A DNA stretch of 64,000 bases from Octopus vulgaris (lineage: Eukaryota): positions 310,001 to 374,000 of the forward strand of contig OX597841.1 in the NCBI GenBank assembly GCA_951406725.2. The letters are read 5' to 3'. A program made the translations under genes and the position numbers. This document shows positions 26,013 through 41,109 of the stretch, piece by piece (within the stretch, counting starts at the first letter, position 1; the number at the start of each line of letters is the position of its first letter). Below the pieces are notes generated by a model, which saw only the letters and a list, made by a program, of their open reading frames with translations, had not been told where the DNA came from and made no database searches.

Positions 26013-26067
<55 letters not shown>

Positions 26068-26446
26068 ATATTTAGATTCATATTCATACGTCTGTATATG
26101 TATGTATGGCGTTTACGCGCATCCTTTTGTGTATGTTGATATATATATATGTAGATTTTAATATAAATATGTATTGCAGTATTTATAACAGGTTTAATTT
26201 CTATGCATTAATTTTCACTGTCTTCATTAACGGCAATAGGTTTTTTCCTCGGTTTTTTCCTCGGATTTTATAATTTTTAAAAGTTTTTTTATATATATAT
26301 ACATATATTTTTGACCTTTTTGTTTATCGCTCGAAGATTGACCATTTTTTCTAAAGGGCCAATCAAACAAGTCCATTTCTTTTTAAAGGTGTAGCGTTTG
26401 TAAGAGTATAGATTGAATTAATATATAAGTTCCATTCTAGCAAAAA

Positions 26447-26484
26447 CTGTCTGATGAACGGCAACGAGAAACTCAGAGTAACAG
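26447..26484 (+). ncRNA. Minimal type I hammerhead ribozyme motif (Penelope-type)
   Basis: ctgt-CTGATGA-acg gcaa cga-GAAA-ctcagag-TA-acag; intact core, very short stem II. Related decayed copies at 38431-38554. Confidence 0.7.
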
Positions 26485-26504
26485 ATTCTGCTGCTTAAAA
26501 TAAA

Positions 26505-26549
<45 letters not shown>

Positions 26550-27387
26550 CTTATCTGTATATATATATACATATATATGTATGTATATGCGTGTGTGAGT
26601 ACGCACACACACACATGCACACCTCCAAAATGTCCGGTCTGAACTTGACAATTTGCATAAAAGACAACTAAACACAAAATCTCATCCCAAAAATAAAAGT
26701 ATCCCTTAAAAATAAAAATCTCTCAAATAAATTATGACTGGGAGATGACAATTTGCTCAAACTCGCCACCCTCGGCTCCCACTACTGTCTCAAGACGGCT
26801 CCGGAACCTGGTTCGTGCGTTCATTACTGTGTACCTAGGAAAATCAGGGGAACTAAGAAGCCAGAGTTTGGGCCTGGTGAAGTTGTGCAAATTTTCTGAC
26901 AACCACTCCTGAGATTTTCCAAAGACATAGCTAGGATTCGAATCCTGCTAACACACATATAGACTTCCAGCAGCAACCCTCTCCGGTGCTTAAGACGTGT
27001 CTCAGAGACTTTACAGTGTTCAAAGCACATGGAGCATGATACACACGCAGAGAGAGGCCCATACTCACATACATACATACGTACATATGTACATACATAT
27101 ATACATACATATATACATACATACATATATACATGCATATATACATACATATATACATACATACATATATACATTCATATATACATACATATATACATAC
27201 ATACATACATACATTCATACATATATACATACATACATGCATGCATACATACACACATACATACATTCTTACATATACATACATACATACATACATACAT
27301 ACATACATACATACATTCATACATACATACATACATACATACATACATACATGCATTCATACATACATACATACATACACACATACA

Positions 27388-27421
<34 letters not shown>

Positions 27422-27508
27422 CATACATACATACATACATTCATACATATATACATACATACATAGATACATACATACATACATATGTACATACATATAT
27501 ACATACAT

Positions 27509-27807
27509 GGAGGCGCAATGGCCCAGTGGTTCGGGCAGCGGACTCGCGGTCGTGGGATCGTAGTTTCGATTCCCAGACCGCGCGTTATGTGTGTTTATTG
27601 AGCGAAAACACCTAAAAGCTCCACGAGGCTCCGGCAGGGGGTGATGATCCCTGCTGTACACTTTCACCACTCTTTCTCACTCTTCTGTTGGCCTGCTCGC
27701 TTAGCCAGCGGGGTGGCGTCATTCGAAGGCTAAAACAATGCGAACGCATTGTGACCAGCGATGTGTAGCAACATCTGATGGTCTGGTCGGTCACGTGATC
27801 ACGTGAT
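27509..27807 (+). mobile_element. tRNA-derived SINE (family 2)
   Basis: tRNA-like head with A box tggcccagtgg and B-box-like gtttcgattcc; inserted in (CATA)n; related minus-strand copy at about 36800-37010. Confidence 0.8.
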
Positions 27808-28102
27808 ATATACATACATATATACATACATACATACATATATACATGCATATATACATACATATATACATATATATATACATACATGCATACATACATA
27901 CATACATACATAGATACATACATACATTCATACATACATACATACATTCATACATACATACATACATACATACATTCATGCATACAAACATACATACATA
28001 CATACATGCATACATACATACATAGATACATACCTTCATACATACATACATACATACATTCATGCATACATACATACATACATACATACATCCATTCATA
28101 CA

Positions 28103-28135
<33 letters not shown>

Positions 28136-30319
28136 GCATACATACATACATACATACATACATACATACATACATACATACATACATACATACATACATA
28201 CATACATACATACATACATGCATACATACATACATACATACATATCATGCATTGTGCTCCCAAGCTGTCACTCTGTCTCCAGTATACGAGATTACAGCTC
28301 ATTTAGATACACGTGAAAGGGCGCAGGTCTTTGAGAAATCTCCTGGATGGACGAGAGGAAAGTAAGAGCAAAATGTGAAATGAAAAACAAATCAACAGTT
28401 GTATACATTTTGTGAAGCAGAAAGATCTCATATTCTTTATAGATGTGAAACTTCCACAGGTCGACTAAATTCTTGATCTGAAATTTTCATGAAATATAAA
28501 CATAAGGACAAATTTAAAGTGGATCCTTCTTCCAATTAATGCGAATATGAACTCTAAGACACAGAATCTAATATGCTGCATCACCTTCCCAAATTGCAAA
28601 GAGAATAATATTTGGCAAAACCAACAATTCCCTTTGCCAATGAGCAACGATCCACAGACAGCACATCCGACAAAACGAATTACGTAAGATTTCGCTGAGC
28701 AAACGTCTAGATATATGCGGAAACAGCAGATTCACGATCCTGCTTGCCTTTCTACCAATGCCCAAGGGATGATTCAAAACTCTGAAAGACAACGAAACTA
28801 TATTTTACAGGAAAAGTTCTATCAAAAGTGAACGTGTGAAAAATATAAGATCTAATATTCTTACAAAAAATTTACTTTCCCAGCACTACTGTTACTAAAA
28901 TAACTGGAAGAATTCACTTAAACACCTCTCCCCCATCACACACTTTGTTTCATGCATACGGTTAGATACAAACACAAACATACATTTAAATGCCTTTCCA
29001 AATAATTCCATAGATTCTGTTTTCCAAATAATTCCATAGATTATTTTTCCTTCAGCTCGCCAACAGAACAACCGACCAAACATTTTGTCAGTTACACCAT
29101 AACTAAAAGAAATTTAATTTCATTCATAATAATTTTTGATTCCTTTGACCTGTCATCGAATTCACCCATCACAGAAGAACACTTCTTTCTCTCTTTCAGA
29201 AAGCCACAGCACACGCCTGCTTATACACACATACATACACACGTGTACATGCACACATACAAACACACACATGGACTCAAACATATATATACATATATCT
29301 ATAGAATCAAAATGACAAAGGCATCTCAGATATCTCCCCCTAAATCACCCTCTTTCCCAAACCCAAGAAAACAAATTCACTCCAGGTTCTTTTCAACTCA
29401 CTTCTTTATAAAAGTTATGAATTTCCGATTAAAAATCATTCATGATGAATCCCTGAAAGCCCTAGATGAATGGATTTTTATTCAAATCCTGTCCTGACTA
29501 CCATCTCTTATTAACATATGAAATCTATACACCACTTCAAAATTTTACACACACTCATCTTCACTACATCAATTGTCACCATCACAACAAACACACCAAC
29601 ACCACCACCACAACCATCAACAATATTGAACACTTCTCATTGAACGGACATATAGGTATCTAATGTGCTCAGTGTGGTGTGATTGTTTATTTTCGTGTCA
29701 AACACTAGTTTAGGTCCGTGTAGGTGAAAGCATAATATCATAAATAGGAAGTGTTGCTCTCACTGCGTATGTTATTGACCATTATATAGAGTTGTGATAT
29801 CTGCAGATACTGGTGAAAGAAGCGAGCAGTGCTGCTATCAGTGAACAGTTCGAAAACCTTCGCTCCGGTTTCACTTGTAGAGACAGTGGTAATATTGTCA
29901 TTTGTAGGAACTCTGGATTGATATCTGGAGACAGTGCCGACCTCTGTGGTAATTCTGGAAGCAGTAGATAATATTCCTTCTACTATAAACACAAGGTCTG
30001 AAATTTTGTAGGAAAGGGCCAGTTGATCATATGAACCCCACTGCTCAGCTACTACTTGTTTTATTGAGCCTGAAAGGAAAAAAAGGATTAGTCGGCCTCT
30101 GTAACATTTGAATGCAGTAAACAATATTGTCATTCGTAGGGGTCCTGACTTGACATCTAGAAACAGTGGTGACATCTGTGGTAATTCTGAAAGCGGCATT
30201 TGTGGACATCCTTCATATTTTGTGACTGGACGGTCATAGTGGACAGACCTGACAACGTCTCTCGTTGCCCAGGAATAGCAAAACACTGCCTCTACCCACA
30301 ACAAAGGTAAGATTACATT

Positions 30320-30357
<38 letters not shown>

Positions 30358-31424
30358 CCTCTGTGCATGTGTGTATGCATGTGCGCGAGCGCATGAGTTT
30401 GTTAGATTTAGGATTATGGTACGTGGTGTGGCGGTTAACATCTCGAGCTCACTCACGCGCAAAAGATTGTGACTTCTGAATCGGGTGGTGCATTGAACCC
30501 TTTGGCAAGATACTTCATTTTGACTCCACTCTATTGAAAATACCTACAAGTGACAGCTGGAGAAGGGTCCACTTTAATGCTTGGCAACCCGAATAAGCTC
30601 CGGCCTGGAGGCTTGAGTCAGATTTTATGATGTGTTTGTCTGGAGAAGCGAGCGAGGATATTTCTTGCTGTTTAACACTTGGTCAGTAGCGATTAAGCAG
30701 ATCTATGATCAAAGCCGTTTCGACCGTGACCATCACACCATATATTCAAAAATACGCTTGTTATGAATGCATTATCATGTTGTTGTTGTTTGTGTATCAG
30801 TTTGTTTGTTGTTGCTGTTGTTGGCGTCATCATTCTGCGCCAGGTCAAGCCTGATCGAACGGTTCTTAAGTCAAGGATATTCCAGCCGTGACCATCCCAT
30901 TTTTTAATTTAGATATTCTGTATTAGCTTTTTCTCCTTTCATTTCCCCTGACAAATGTATCTCTTGCACTTCATCTCTTCCTTTATCTCGTCCCTTCTCT
31001 GTATTACTATCTATTTCTAGCTATCTCGTACGTCTTCTCTTCCCCTCTCTATTCTATGCTCTCCTCTCCTCTACTTCTCTCTATGTTTCTCACTCTCTCT
31101 CCGATGACTCTCACTCTCTTTCATCTGTTAATCTTTCTTTTTACATCTGTCCCCTTATCCCATTCTCTGTCTCCTTATACCAGGATCAATTTCTCCCTAT
31201 TTCTCCCTATTTCTAGCTCTCAGTCAATTACTCTTCTGTCACTTTCTCTTTACCTCTCCCACTTTTGAATTCTGTCTTCGTCTCATCTCTCTCTAAATTT
31301 TTTCCCTCATCTTCTAACATACACACACACGCTCACACACACGCTCACACACACGCTCACACACACATACACATGCGCACACACATATTTATAAACGCAG
31401 TCCTCTACTGATTCTAGAGCCAAG

Positions 31425-31755
31425 ATGTTCCAGTTTCCTTCTACCATTCCAACCGTGACCACAGTGCTCCTATTAAGCCTTACTACAATTCTGACCGTTG
31501 CCTCAAACCAGCAATTTTATACAGGCAGCTACAGATCTTTGGCTCCTGGGTATTCCTACCGTTACCTTCAGGAACCTCCGACAGAACAATTCTTCTCCAC
31601 TCGATGTCTACTGAAATGTGCCGCGATTTCTCTAAGCAGCCAATCGGAATTCTTCACTTACAACAATGTCAGCCGTGTTTGTAAGAATTACTCACCGAAA
31701 TATATTATGACAGTCGTCAGAACAAACGACCGCAACGAGATGTCCTTCTACCGAA
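31425..31755 (+). CDS. Gene C coding exon 1: signal peptide + degenerate PAN/apple-like domain
   Basis: ttctag|agccaagATG; GTAAGT donor at 31756; 331 nt; 2 aa differences from gene A. Spliced CDS 331+179+164+164+56 = 894 nt, 297 aa. Confidence 0.92.
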
Positions 31756-31769
31756 GTAAGTGAATTATT

Positions 31770-32460
31770 ATTACTAATATTGTTTTTTTTTTCATTATCA
31801 TTATGATTAATTCCGCCGAGGTAACTTTCTTTTCCATATGAATCAACTCTCTTCTGTGTGTATACAGATTTTTTTTTATATACCATCCTAGGCCATTTTC
31901 CTCTGCTTTGATACAGTCCTGACAACAGATCAAACTTGTCCCACCCTTTCTTCTGGACGAGTACAGCCTATTGGTATCACTCTTCGTGTGGAAGGCTCCG
32001 TGTACTCTCAACATTTTTCTGGTCATGCTATTCATTTTCTTCATTTATCTCTTTTGCCGTTTTATAATTACCGATCCATAGCGAAGTGATGCTATTGCCA
32101 CGTATTAACTGCTTGGATTTTATTGCATTCATTCAATTTTGAGCGAAACACAAACCGCAGTCTTCGGAAATACTCCATCTTCTGTTGCTCTTTCATCGCT
32201 TTTGTCATTATCTCGTTGAACTCTAGTGCACCAAGGTATTTGCATCCTTCCGTTTCAATTTGCTTCATAGAGTCTCTCCCCTTTTGTCTCTTTTTAAATA
32301 GATTATTCCTCATTTCTTAAGTCCAAATTCCATTCTAATATCAGTACTAAAACAGGGGACATTGTTCACCAAGGAACATCTTTGCTATCCATTTTTTAAT
32401 CATCCATGAAGAGAAGGTGGCTAATTGTTTGGGAGTTTTTCTTTAGTTAGTACCCTCAGG
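31770..32460 (-). mobile_element. R4/Dong-like LINE RT C-terminal remnant in gene C intron 1
   Basis: KYLG..EYFRRLR..SKLN..NKIQAVNTW and TRKMLRVHGAFHTKSDTNRLYSSRRKGG motifs, homologous to the element at 55490-57800. Confidence 0.75.
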
Positions 32461-33779
32461 TATCACGCAGAGAACGAAAAGCACCAGAAATAGGTGGTCT
32501 ACGGTTACAGGTGTTGATAACGTTCATTCTCCTTTTTTCTCATTAATACGAGCTATTGTTGTAATAACTATCATTGATAGTAATAATATATTTGTACGTA
32601 CCTGACGCGTGTGTCACATTTAAGAGAAAGAAATTAAATATTGTAAAACTAAATCTCAGGAAGAGGTTTGAGACCACCACCTATGTGCTTTATTATTACT
32701 TCTCAACACCCATGCCTACTGGCCCACAGAAGTAACAACGCTCTTAAGGAGGAAATAAGGATACCTTAATTTGACGTGTGTGTTGAGCAAAGGAGAGAGG
32801 AATGATTTTATCAGTTATAATCTGTGTCTGTAAAACTAACATCACGGTAGTCCAACAACAGAGGGAGAAGCAGTTTGTCAAGTTTTACCTTCCCCTCAAA
32901 GCAACACAGAGCTTTCAATCCATCTGCTCTTCGTGCGTTAGAGAGTGGGGAGAGAGTGAGTATTGTAAACAATAAATAAAATAAACATGAATTGAAAAAA
33001 TCGTATAAATAAAAGGGCATCACTACAGATGTATACACTCCCGAATTTGTTGCTTCATGACATCCAGAAAAATTCATACTTTTTAAACAAAGTTTTCTAC
33101 AAATACTGATTAGGTGATGCTGGAAAATTCGCACGATCTACTTTTCTCCCTCATAACTTTCAGGAAAATAAGTAAGTTTTGGTGAAAATTTATACAAATC
33201 CCCCCTTCAAACGCACAGATTACAATTGTAAAGAAATTTTGGGGAAAATGTTTTCAGAGATTTTCTTAATTTTTTTAAACCACAGCCTTTGAAGTGATGG
33301 TGTGGGGGTGAGGCATCTTTGTATGAAAAAGATTTACAAACACATTTTTTACACCCCTCCATCATCGTCCCACTCCCTTCTGCACCTGAAGACGACTTTA
33401 TCGTTTCTTCACTTTGTTTCGCTGTTGCTACCGCGAGATTAGTAGAGATTGTTGTTTAGTTCTTAGTTACTTAGTTGCTTGCGTACATACTTAAATATAT
33501 ACACATTTACTGTTTACTACAATAATTTGGTTCTCTAGAATTTTACTAGAAGGGAATGAAAGGTTAGAGGAAACTAATGCAGCGGCTAGTAATACATCAA
33601 AACATTGGATCTACTGTTACAGGTGTGGAAGTCTATCAAGACATGAGCGTCTTAAATATCCAGCTCGAAATACTGAATGTAGGAAATGGAAGAAGATTGA
33701 TCACTTTTCAAAAGTATGCAGGTCTAAATATTCAGTTACTAAATCAATTCAAACTGGTACGGTTGCATCTGTTCTCTCT

Positions 33780-33970
33780 GCGTTGCACGCGTCGATGATA
33801 GAAATATCTATAAATGGATTTTCGTTAAAAGCTCCCTTGGACACTGGAAGCTTGGAAAACTTCCTTTCAAAATCTGTGGTTAAATCTCTTCGGCTTCCTA
33901 CTTCTCCATATAATGGTACTATATCGATGGCTGCAGCTAATTTAAAGTCGTCTGTCAAAGCATGCTGAAA
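33780..33970 (+). mobile_element. Gypsy-type aspartic protease remnant
   Basis: ISINGFSLKAPLDTGSLENFLSKSVV (retropepsin LDTG motif); absent from the gene A intron. Confidence 0.7.
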
Positions 33971-35124
33971 ACTAGATATAACTCGGATCTTTTTGGCGTT
34001 CACACCGTGTAAGAAGACCTCCAGAACGGTCATGGGCATTCTTAAATTTTTAACTGTTTCTAAACGTTTTTAAGGCAGGGGGTGAGTGTTGTAATTTTGC
34101 TGGATTTGAACCTGTTAGGTGGTGCGTTGTATCACTCTATATAGCAGGTGAACATCTTTATTTATTTGACATTTATCAAGTGGACTACTCGTTTTCTTTT
34201 CTTCTAGTATACTTGTAAGTAAAAGCCAAAGTTCACGGTTCATGGTTAAAACTGACGGTTTCCTACTATATTGGTACAAACATACGAACCTACTTAGTTA
34301 CTTACATACCTACTTATACACATACACACTTACTGTTTACTGCAATGATTTGGTTCAATAGATCGGTGAAAAATTCTTTTAAAGTTGTTAATATTTTCAG
34401 AGGGGAAGGCGGCAAACTGGCGGAAACGTTAGCACGCCGGGTGAAATTCTTAGCGGTATTTCATCATTTTGATGTCGATTAAATAAGTACCATTTGCGCG
34501 ATTAAAAAAGTACCATTTGCGCACTGGGGTCGATATAATCGACTTAATCCGTTTGTCTGTCCTTGTTTGTCCTCTCTGTGTTTAGCCCCTTGTGGGTAGT
34601 ATAGAAATAGGTATTTCGTCTGCCGCTACGTTCTGAGTTCAAATTCCGCCCAGGTCGACTTTGCCTTTCATCCACTCGGGGTCGATAAATTAAGTACCAG
34701 TTCAACACTGCGGTCGATGTAATCGATTCATGGCCTCCCCAAAATTGCTGCCCTATGTTCTCCAAAAACTTCTGTTCTGGCTGCATCTAAATGATTTTGT
34801 AGTCCCTTGTTGAATTATGCTTTATCATGTCCATTTTGTATTTGTTCCTTTGTCTTAATTTTTTTCCTCTGCATTCAATACTCCATAATTCCCGACACTA
34901 TCAAGGTTTCCATTTGCTCAGCTCGCATACAGACAAACATTGTCTGTACGTGGATGATGGGCTCCATGCATCTTTAGAAGCTTTCTCGTTTTCCTGTCCA
35001 TCTCCTATACCTCCTCCTCTGTTCAGTTCAAGATGCCAAGGCCATACCCAACTCTGAAAGTGCGCGCAAGTTCTTTGCCGAAATCATGTTACTGGCATTG
35101 AGTTTTGAAGCCTATATCATCATG

Positions 35125-35194
<70 letters not shown>

Positions 35195-35230
35195 TTATTA
35201 TTGTTGTTGGTATTATTATAATTATTTCAG

Positions 35231-35409
35231 GTAGCCAATGGATTAAAACATATGCCATATCAATGGGAGCTGGTTCGAAAGTCTATGATTCATTCCTGAA
35301 TATAGGACTTCCTTCAACCTGGAATGTGTACGAATGCAGAGGTACCTTTTGTCCCAACTTCTTCCGGCATCCTATCCTTGATTTCTGGAACTATCTTCCA
35401 ATTGAGGAG
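35231..35409 (+). CDS. Gene C coding exon 2
   Basis: tttcag / GTATGT; 179 nt; (S)SQWIKTYAISMGAGSKVYDSFLNIGLPSTWNVYECRGTFCPNFFRHPILDFWNYLPIEE. Confidence 0.92.
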
Positions 35410-36139
35410 GTATGTATGCATACACATACACGCGCACACAAATGCATATTATTATTTCCATAATAATAGTAATAATGATAAACAAATATTTAGATCAATT
35501 CAGTTATGTGTGTCACATATTTGACCTGTAAAAATTATTTATTGGGAAGGCGAAGCAGTGTTGTAAAGAATTTTATCCGCGGCAAACCGCGGTGAGATTC
35601 ATGGCCTGCCCCAAATTGTTGCCCTTGTGGAAAAAAATTGAAACCATTGTTATTAATTCTTTTTATAATAGGTTTTGCTGGAACTCCTAGAATCTTGCAT
35701 GCGTAGCAAGCTCGCTGCTTGCAACCTACGGGCTACACATTTTGGGTGGGAATAAATTTTAGTTGATTAATTCAACAAGCTGTATTTAGCAGACAATGAT
35801 ATATCAAGCACTAATTAATATAAAAAATATTGCTAGTACATATAATGTTATCTCTTATCTCTTTGTAATAATAATATATTATTAATATATTGGACGCCTT
35901 GAAAGATCGTTAGCTCCTACACGCATTTTTTTCTCTCCTTTTTATTTTCTCCTTTTCTCTCCTTTTTTTCTCTCTCCTTGAGAAATAATATATTATTAAT
36001 ATATTATTAAAAAATATATATATATATATATATAAAATTATCTAACAATTAAGGATAACCTCTTAATAAATTTTTGGTAGAAATGACTAATGTCCCTCTT
36101 AGCGTGTGGCATGTATGTATAATAATGCCCTCTATATAT

Positions 36140-36174
<35 letters not shown>

Positions 36175-36226
36175 AAGCACAATGGCCCAGTGGTTATGAA
36201 ATATTTCTTTTGTATGTTTATATATG

Positions 36227-36304
<78 letters not shown>

Positions 36305-37010
36305 GTTAAAGAGGAGAACAAACGTCAAAGCATCTCAAGTCATATACATTTGACTATCCTCTATATCGGAAATTTACAATGGCTCCATAACTACCGTCTC
36401 GGCTAAACCTCGGAGCCCTAGTAATCCGTTACAGCACTTATCTAGCGTACCTAATCGTTTAGCTCACACGTGAACTAAACCTCCATAATTGTGTGTCTGT
36501 GTATATATATATATATATATATATGCTATTTATATATCAATATATATTAATCTATCTATATATGCACATATGCATACGCACACATACCCACATGTACATT
36601 TTCGAGGATCAGGTAATTAATTTTTGCTCTTATATTTATAAAGTGTTTATATATACTGTTGTGTCTGGGGAGAGTCATTCTCCTCTGATGCCTTAGAAAT
36701 TTAACACACACCGGAAAATTTCAACATATTTCATTATTTTTCTAAAATTTCGTTGCGTCTTGCAACCTTTTCAATAGTTTTGTTTATACATACATACATC
36801 ACGTGATCATGTGGCTGACCAGACCATGAAATGTTGTTACACGTCGCTGGTCACAATGCGTTCGTATTATTTTAGCTTTTGAATGACGCCACCCCGCTGG
36901 CTAAGCGAGCAGGCTAACAGAAGGAAGAGTGGGAGAAGGAGTACAGCAGGGATCACCACTCCTTGCCGAAGCCTCGTGGAACATTTTTAGGTGTTTTAGC
37001 TCAATAATCC

Positions 37011-37151
<141 letters not shown>

Positions 37152-37303
37152 ACGTTAGCATGCCGGGGAAAGGTATTTTGTCTGGCTACGTTCTGAGTTC
37201 AAATGTCGACTTTGCCTTTCATCCTTTCGGGGTCGATAAATTAGTTCATGGGGTTAAGACTTAAGATTTGTCCCGTCTGTGTTTAGCCCCTGTGGGTATA
37301 AAG

Positions 37304-37339
<36 letters not shown>

Positions 37340-37580
37340 TTGGAGATGATGTACAGGTATTATATATTAGAAGAAATGAGGAATCAGAAGATCGGATGGT
37401 TCATATTTACAGATATTTATTTATATATTACATTTTTTACATATATATATCATATCATTCAGATCATATCATTCAGATCATATCATTCAGATCCATTCTT
37501 TTCAATGTTTTCTGTATTTTTGGTATCTTCTGTTTGTGGATCTGATATCAGTCCATCTATTCTGATGTCATATATATATA

Positions 37581-37976
37581 GGCGCAGGAGTGGCTGTGTG
37601 GCAAGTAGCTTGTTTACCAACCACATGGTTCTGGGTTCAGTCCCACTGCGTGGCACCTTGGGCAAGTGTCTTCTACTGTAGCCTCGGGCCGACCAATGCC
37701 TTGTGAGTGGATTTGGATGACAGAAACTGAAAGAAGCCTGTCGTATATATGTATATATATATGCGTGTGTGTGTTTGTGTGTCTGTGTTTGTCCCCCTAG
37801 CATTGCTTGACAACCGATGCTGGTGTGTTTATGTCCGCGTTACTTAGCGGTTCGGCAAAAGAGACCGATAGAATAAGTACTGGGCTTACAAAAGAATAAG
37901 TCCCGGGGTCGAGTTGCTCGATTAAAGGCGGTGCTCCAGCATGGCCGCAGTCAAATGACTGAAACAAGTAAAAGAG
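37581..37976 (+). mobile_element. Full-length tRNA-derived SINE (family 3, ggcgcaggagtggctgtgtgg...)
   Basis: Pol III A/B-box-like head and internal (TG)n; partial copies at about 44157-44530, 45470-45595 (-), 53685-54030 and 59220-59330. Confidence 0.85.
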
Positions 37977-38384
37977 TATATACATATACGTACACAAACA
38001 CACGCACACACACATACACACACACATACACAACCACACACACACACACACACACAAGCACATACAAACATATGTACATGTTGAAGCAAAGAGATTTTTT
38101 ATTCTGCCGCCCATACATAAATGTCCCAATAGAATTACCAAAGGTTATATCCAAATCATAAAAGGTAAAAGAGAAGGAACTTACTAACGAACTAAGTTGC
38201 CTATGTGACTTTTGAGTACACTATACACTAAAAGGCTGCACGTATATTAATACTACGAACATTCCCTTTTTACAAGAACATCAGCCCTAAAGCATACGCA
38301 TATTTTCCATATGTTTTACCCCCAAATCTCTCGTCGTTTGGCAACACCTCCAGCAAGGTAGACGGAAACTGAAAGAAGCGTGGC

Positions 38385-38430
<46 letters not shown>

Positions 38431-38432
<2 letters not shown>

Positions 38433-38554
38433 TTAAAGCAGCAGAAAATTCAACAAAACCTGTTACTCTGAGTTTCCCATTGCCGTTCACCGGACAGTTC
38501 GGCAACGGGGAAACTCAGAGTAACAGGTTTTGTTGAATTTTCTGCTGCTTTAAA
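38431..38554. repeat. Fold-back inverted repeat of a Penelope-like terminal sequence
   Basis: 38431-38486 is the reverse complement of 38500-38554; same sequence as the hammerhead region at 26447-26500. Confidence 0.8.
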
Positions 38555-38630
38555 TAAAGCATATTACTCTACCACTGGTATTTGAGTACTCATTTTTCCA
38601 CCTTGTTTCACATTTATGTGTTTACTCCGG

Positions 38631-38661
<31 letters not shown>

Positions 38662-38959
38662 CCTTAACTGTAACTTAAACCTTTCACGTAATGTTGATCA
38701 CTCATTCTAATTGCTCAACATTGGATCCAATATGTGTATACACACACACACACGCACAGACACACACGCACACACACACACAAAGATTTTGTCATAATTA
38801 TTATTATTGTTTCCTTACATGCAAAGAAATGATGGAGTAAATGTGGAGTGGACATTAGGGTAAGAATGACCAATAAAACAGCCGTTAAATTAGCTTGATC
38901 AATTTAACTTGATCCATTTATGCGTGTTTGTCTGTTATATATTTACTCTTACTTTTCAG

Positions 38960-39123
38960 GTGAAACTGGTGATTTATAAAAACCAAACACCTGTTGTGAC
39001 TATGATTTTTGATGGACGAAATTCAAACCTTAAAAGCTGGTTTTCTTATGTAAACTTGAAAAGTTCTCCATGGGATGACCTATCTTCAGCCAACCCAGAG
39101 TATTTCAAGATGGAAGGATTTGC
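38960..39123 (+). CDS. Gene C coding exon 3
   Basis: ttttcag / GTATGT; 164 nt; VKLVIYKNQTPVVTMIFDGRNSNLKSWFSYVNLKSSPWDDLSSANPEYFKMEGF. Confidence 0.92.
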
Positions 39124-39195
39124 GTATGTTCTAAATATACTTTTCTTTTTCTCTTTGTAGAAACGTAATATACCCAAAGCACTTTACGCACGCTA

Positions 39196-39236
<41 letters not shown>

Positions 39237-39239
39237 ATA

Positions 39240-41045
39240 AAACGGTACAATAACAAAAGAAAGAAAGAGACCTCAATATTATGTAAATAGAGGAAATTTA
39301 TCTATACAATATGTTACATTACTCGGTAGTCAAGATAAAACTCTGAGTTTCAGATGCCGAAGTGGAAATCCACAACACCATCTCTTCGGTTATCTGGCTA
39401 TTTGAAAACGTTATGAAAAAATACCGTTAAAAATGAAGGGAAATTACTCTGTTATAACTCTGCTTTGCCTGCGTACTTATACATCGCTCGCATTTTTCGT
39501 CATAAAAATTATATAAAAATACATAAAAATATATAAAAATATATAAAAATATATAAATTCTTCTTGGAACATAACACAGAAAGCATGTTCTATCCGTTTT
39601 CTTTAGGGGACCAAAAACGTAACAGAAATTTAATCACATGTGGGCATGATCCGAAAAGCTCTGTCCTTGTATTTAGACATGTGGTAGGGTCTAAGCTGCT
39701 TTTCCAGATAAGCCATCTCTCCATGTCGCATAAACCGCACCTTCCGCTGCCGTTAGTATAGGGCTTACATCTGGCCAAAATCTTCCATTGTATGTTATAA
39801 TCGACACCTTTATCTCTTAAAGACCAAATATGATTGGATAATTGTGTCGCTTTTCTTTTGTTCCAGTGCCTAAAGCTCAAAGTGTGATTATTGAACCTGG
39901 CCTTGAAATTACCCTCTGTCAGGCCCACGTATTTCTTCGTCGAAACGGTGTCTTTAGTGGTTATAGAGTTTACGGTAGCTTCATATATGATGGTCTTGGA
40001 CATGCAAGCTCCATTTAGCGGGCACAATTCTTTATTCCTGCATGAACAGCTGTTTTCTTCTTGTGTTTTTTGTATGTTATGATTGATTATGTTTTTAAAA
40101 TTGGTAGTTGAACGAAAACTAATTTTTAAATTGTGTCTATTGAAGAGTTTCCTATAAGCATGGTTAACTGGAAAATGTCTATCTATCAGTGCTAGGAAAT
40201 ATTTACCTATATTGAAGGCCACCTCGGGTGAGTAAGGGGGCGTAAACCAGATGACCTTCCTATTTCTATTATTCCTTTTCCTTACTGCTGGGCTAGTGAT
40301 AGATGTATATTTTATTTTTTCGCTAAAACCACTATCTTTTAAGGCTTTATTATAAACTGGGGCAACGCTATTGAAGATGTCCTCATTAGATGAGAGGCTA
40401 GAAATCCTCTTACTAATATTTTTAACTAAATTTTTGAATACTATAGGGGGATGGCATGAACCTACATTAATATAACTTAGTCTATCATTGGGCTTCCTAT
40501 AAGGCTTATAAATATTATTATTAAGATCTAAGGAAACGTCTAAGAAATTGACAACCGTCAGGTTAGTGTCTATAGTTATACTAAGTCCGAAGTGTTTCAT
40601 TAACTGGATAATATCCTTCCTAAAACGATCTTGTGCTGGTCCATTTGTATTAGCTGTTAAGGCGAGGGCATCATCTTTGTAGATGGCGAAATGTACGTTA
40701 GGGAATGTCTTACCGAAGGAGAAAGAGTCCAATTAGATCACAGATGCCTGCCCCATCATATGAACCCATGCTCACATCGAAAGCGCCCTCCATGTCGGTG
40801 TTTTTTACCCACTTTGCATTCTCACTGAAAAGTAATGTCTTTCTAGCATGGAAGATTATATCCTTATCATTGGTACTAATTTCTATGAAGTCACTAGCGA
40901 AGATTAGGGCTTTATCTAGCAGTTCTTTAGAGATAGAGGCATAAAAATCAACAATATCGAATTGTGTAAACCTCGCTTTTTTCTTATTCTTAATAGCTCT
41001 GAAACTCAGAGTTTTATCTTGACTACCGAGTAATGTAACATATTG

Positions 41046-41046
<1 letters not shown>
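39240..41046 (-). mobile_element. 5'-truncated Penelope-like retroelement (RT + GIY-YIG) in gene C intron 3
   Basis: ORF 39590-40732 has YKDD, NFLDVSLDL, YRKPND and IIYEATV..KYVGLTE..FKARFNNH; upstream FDIVDFYASI is frameshifted. 39306-39353 is inverted at 40999-41046. Variant hammerhead at 39333-39395. Confidence 0.92.

Positions 41047-41109
<63 letters not shown>

Noticed and set aside
27509-27585. Functional tRNA gene
   Set aside because: The tRNA-like head continues into a repeated SINE body and the cloverleaf is imperfect.
29738-30394. 218-aa minus-strand ORF partly shared with 3970-4477
   Set aside because: The similarity is explained by the recent A/C duplication; the other copy has a stop and a frameshift; no recognisable domain.
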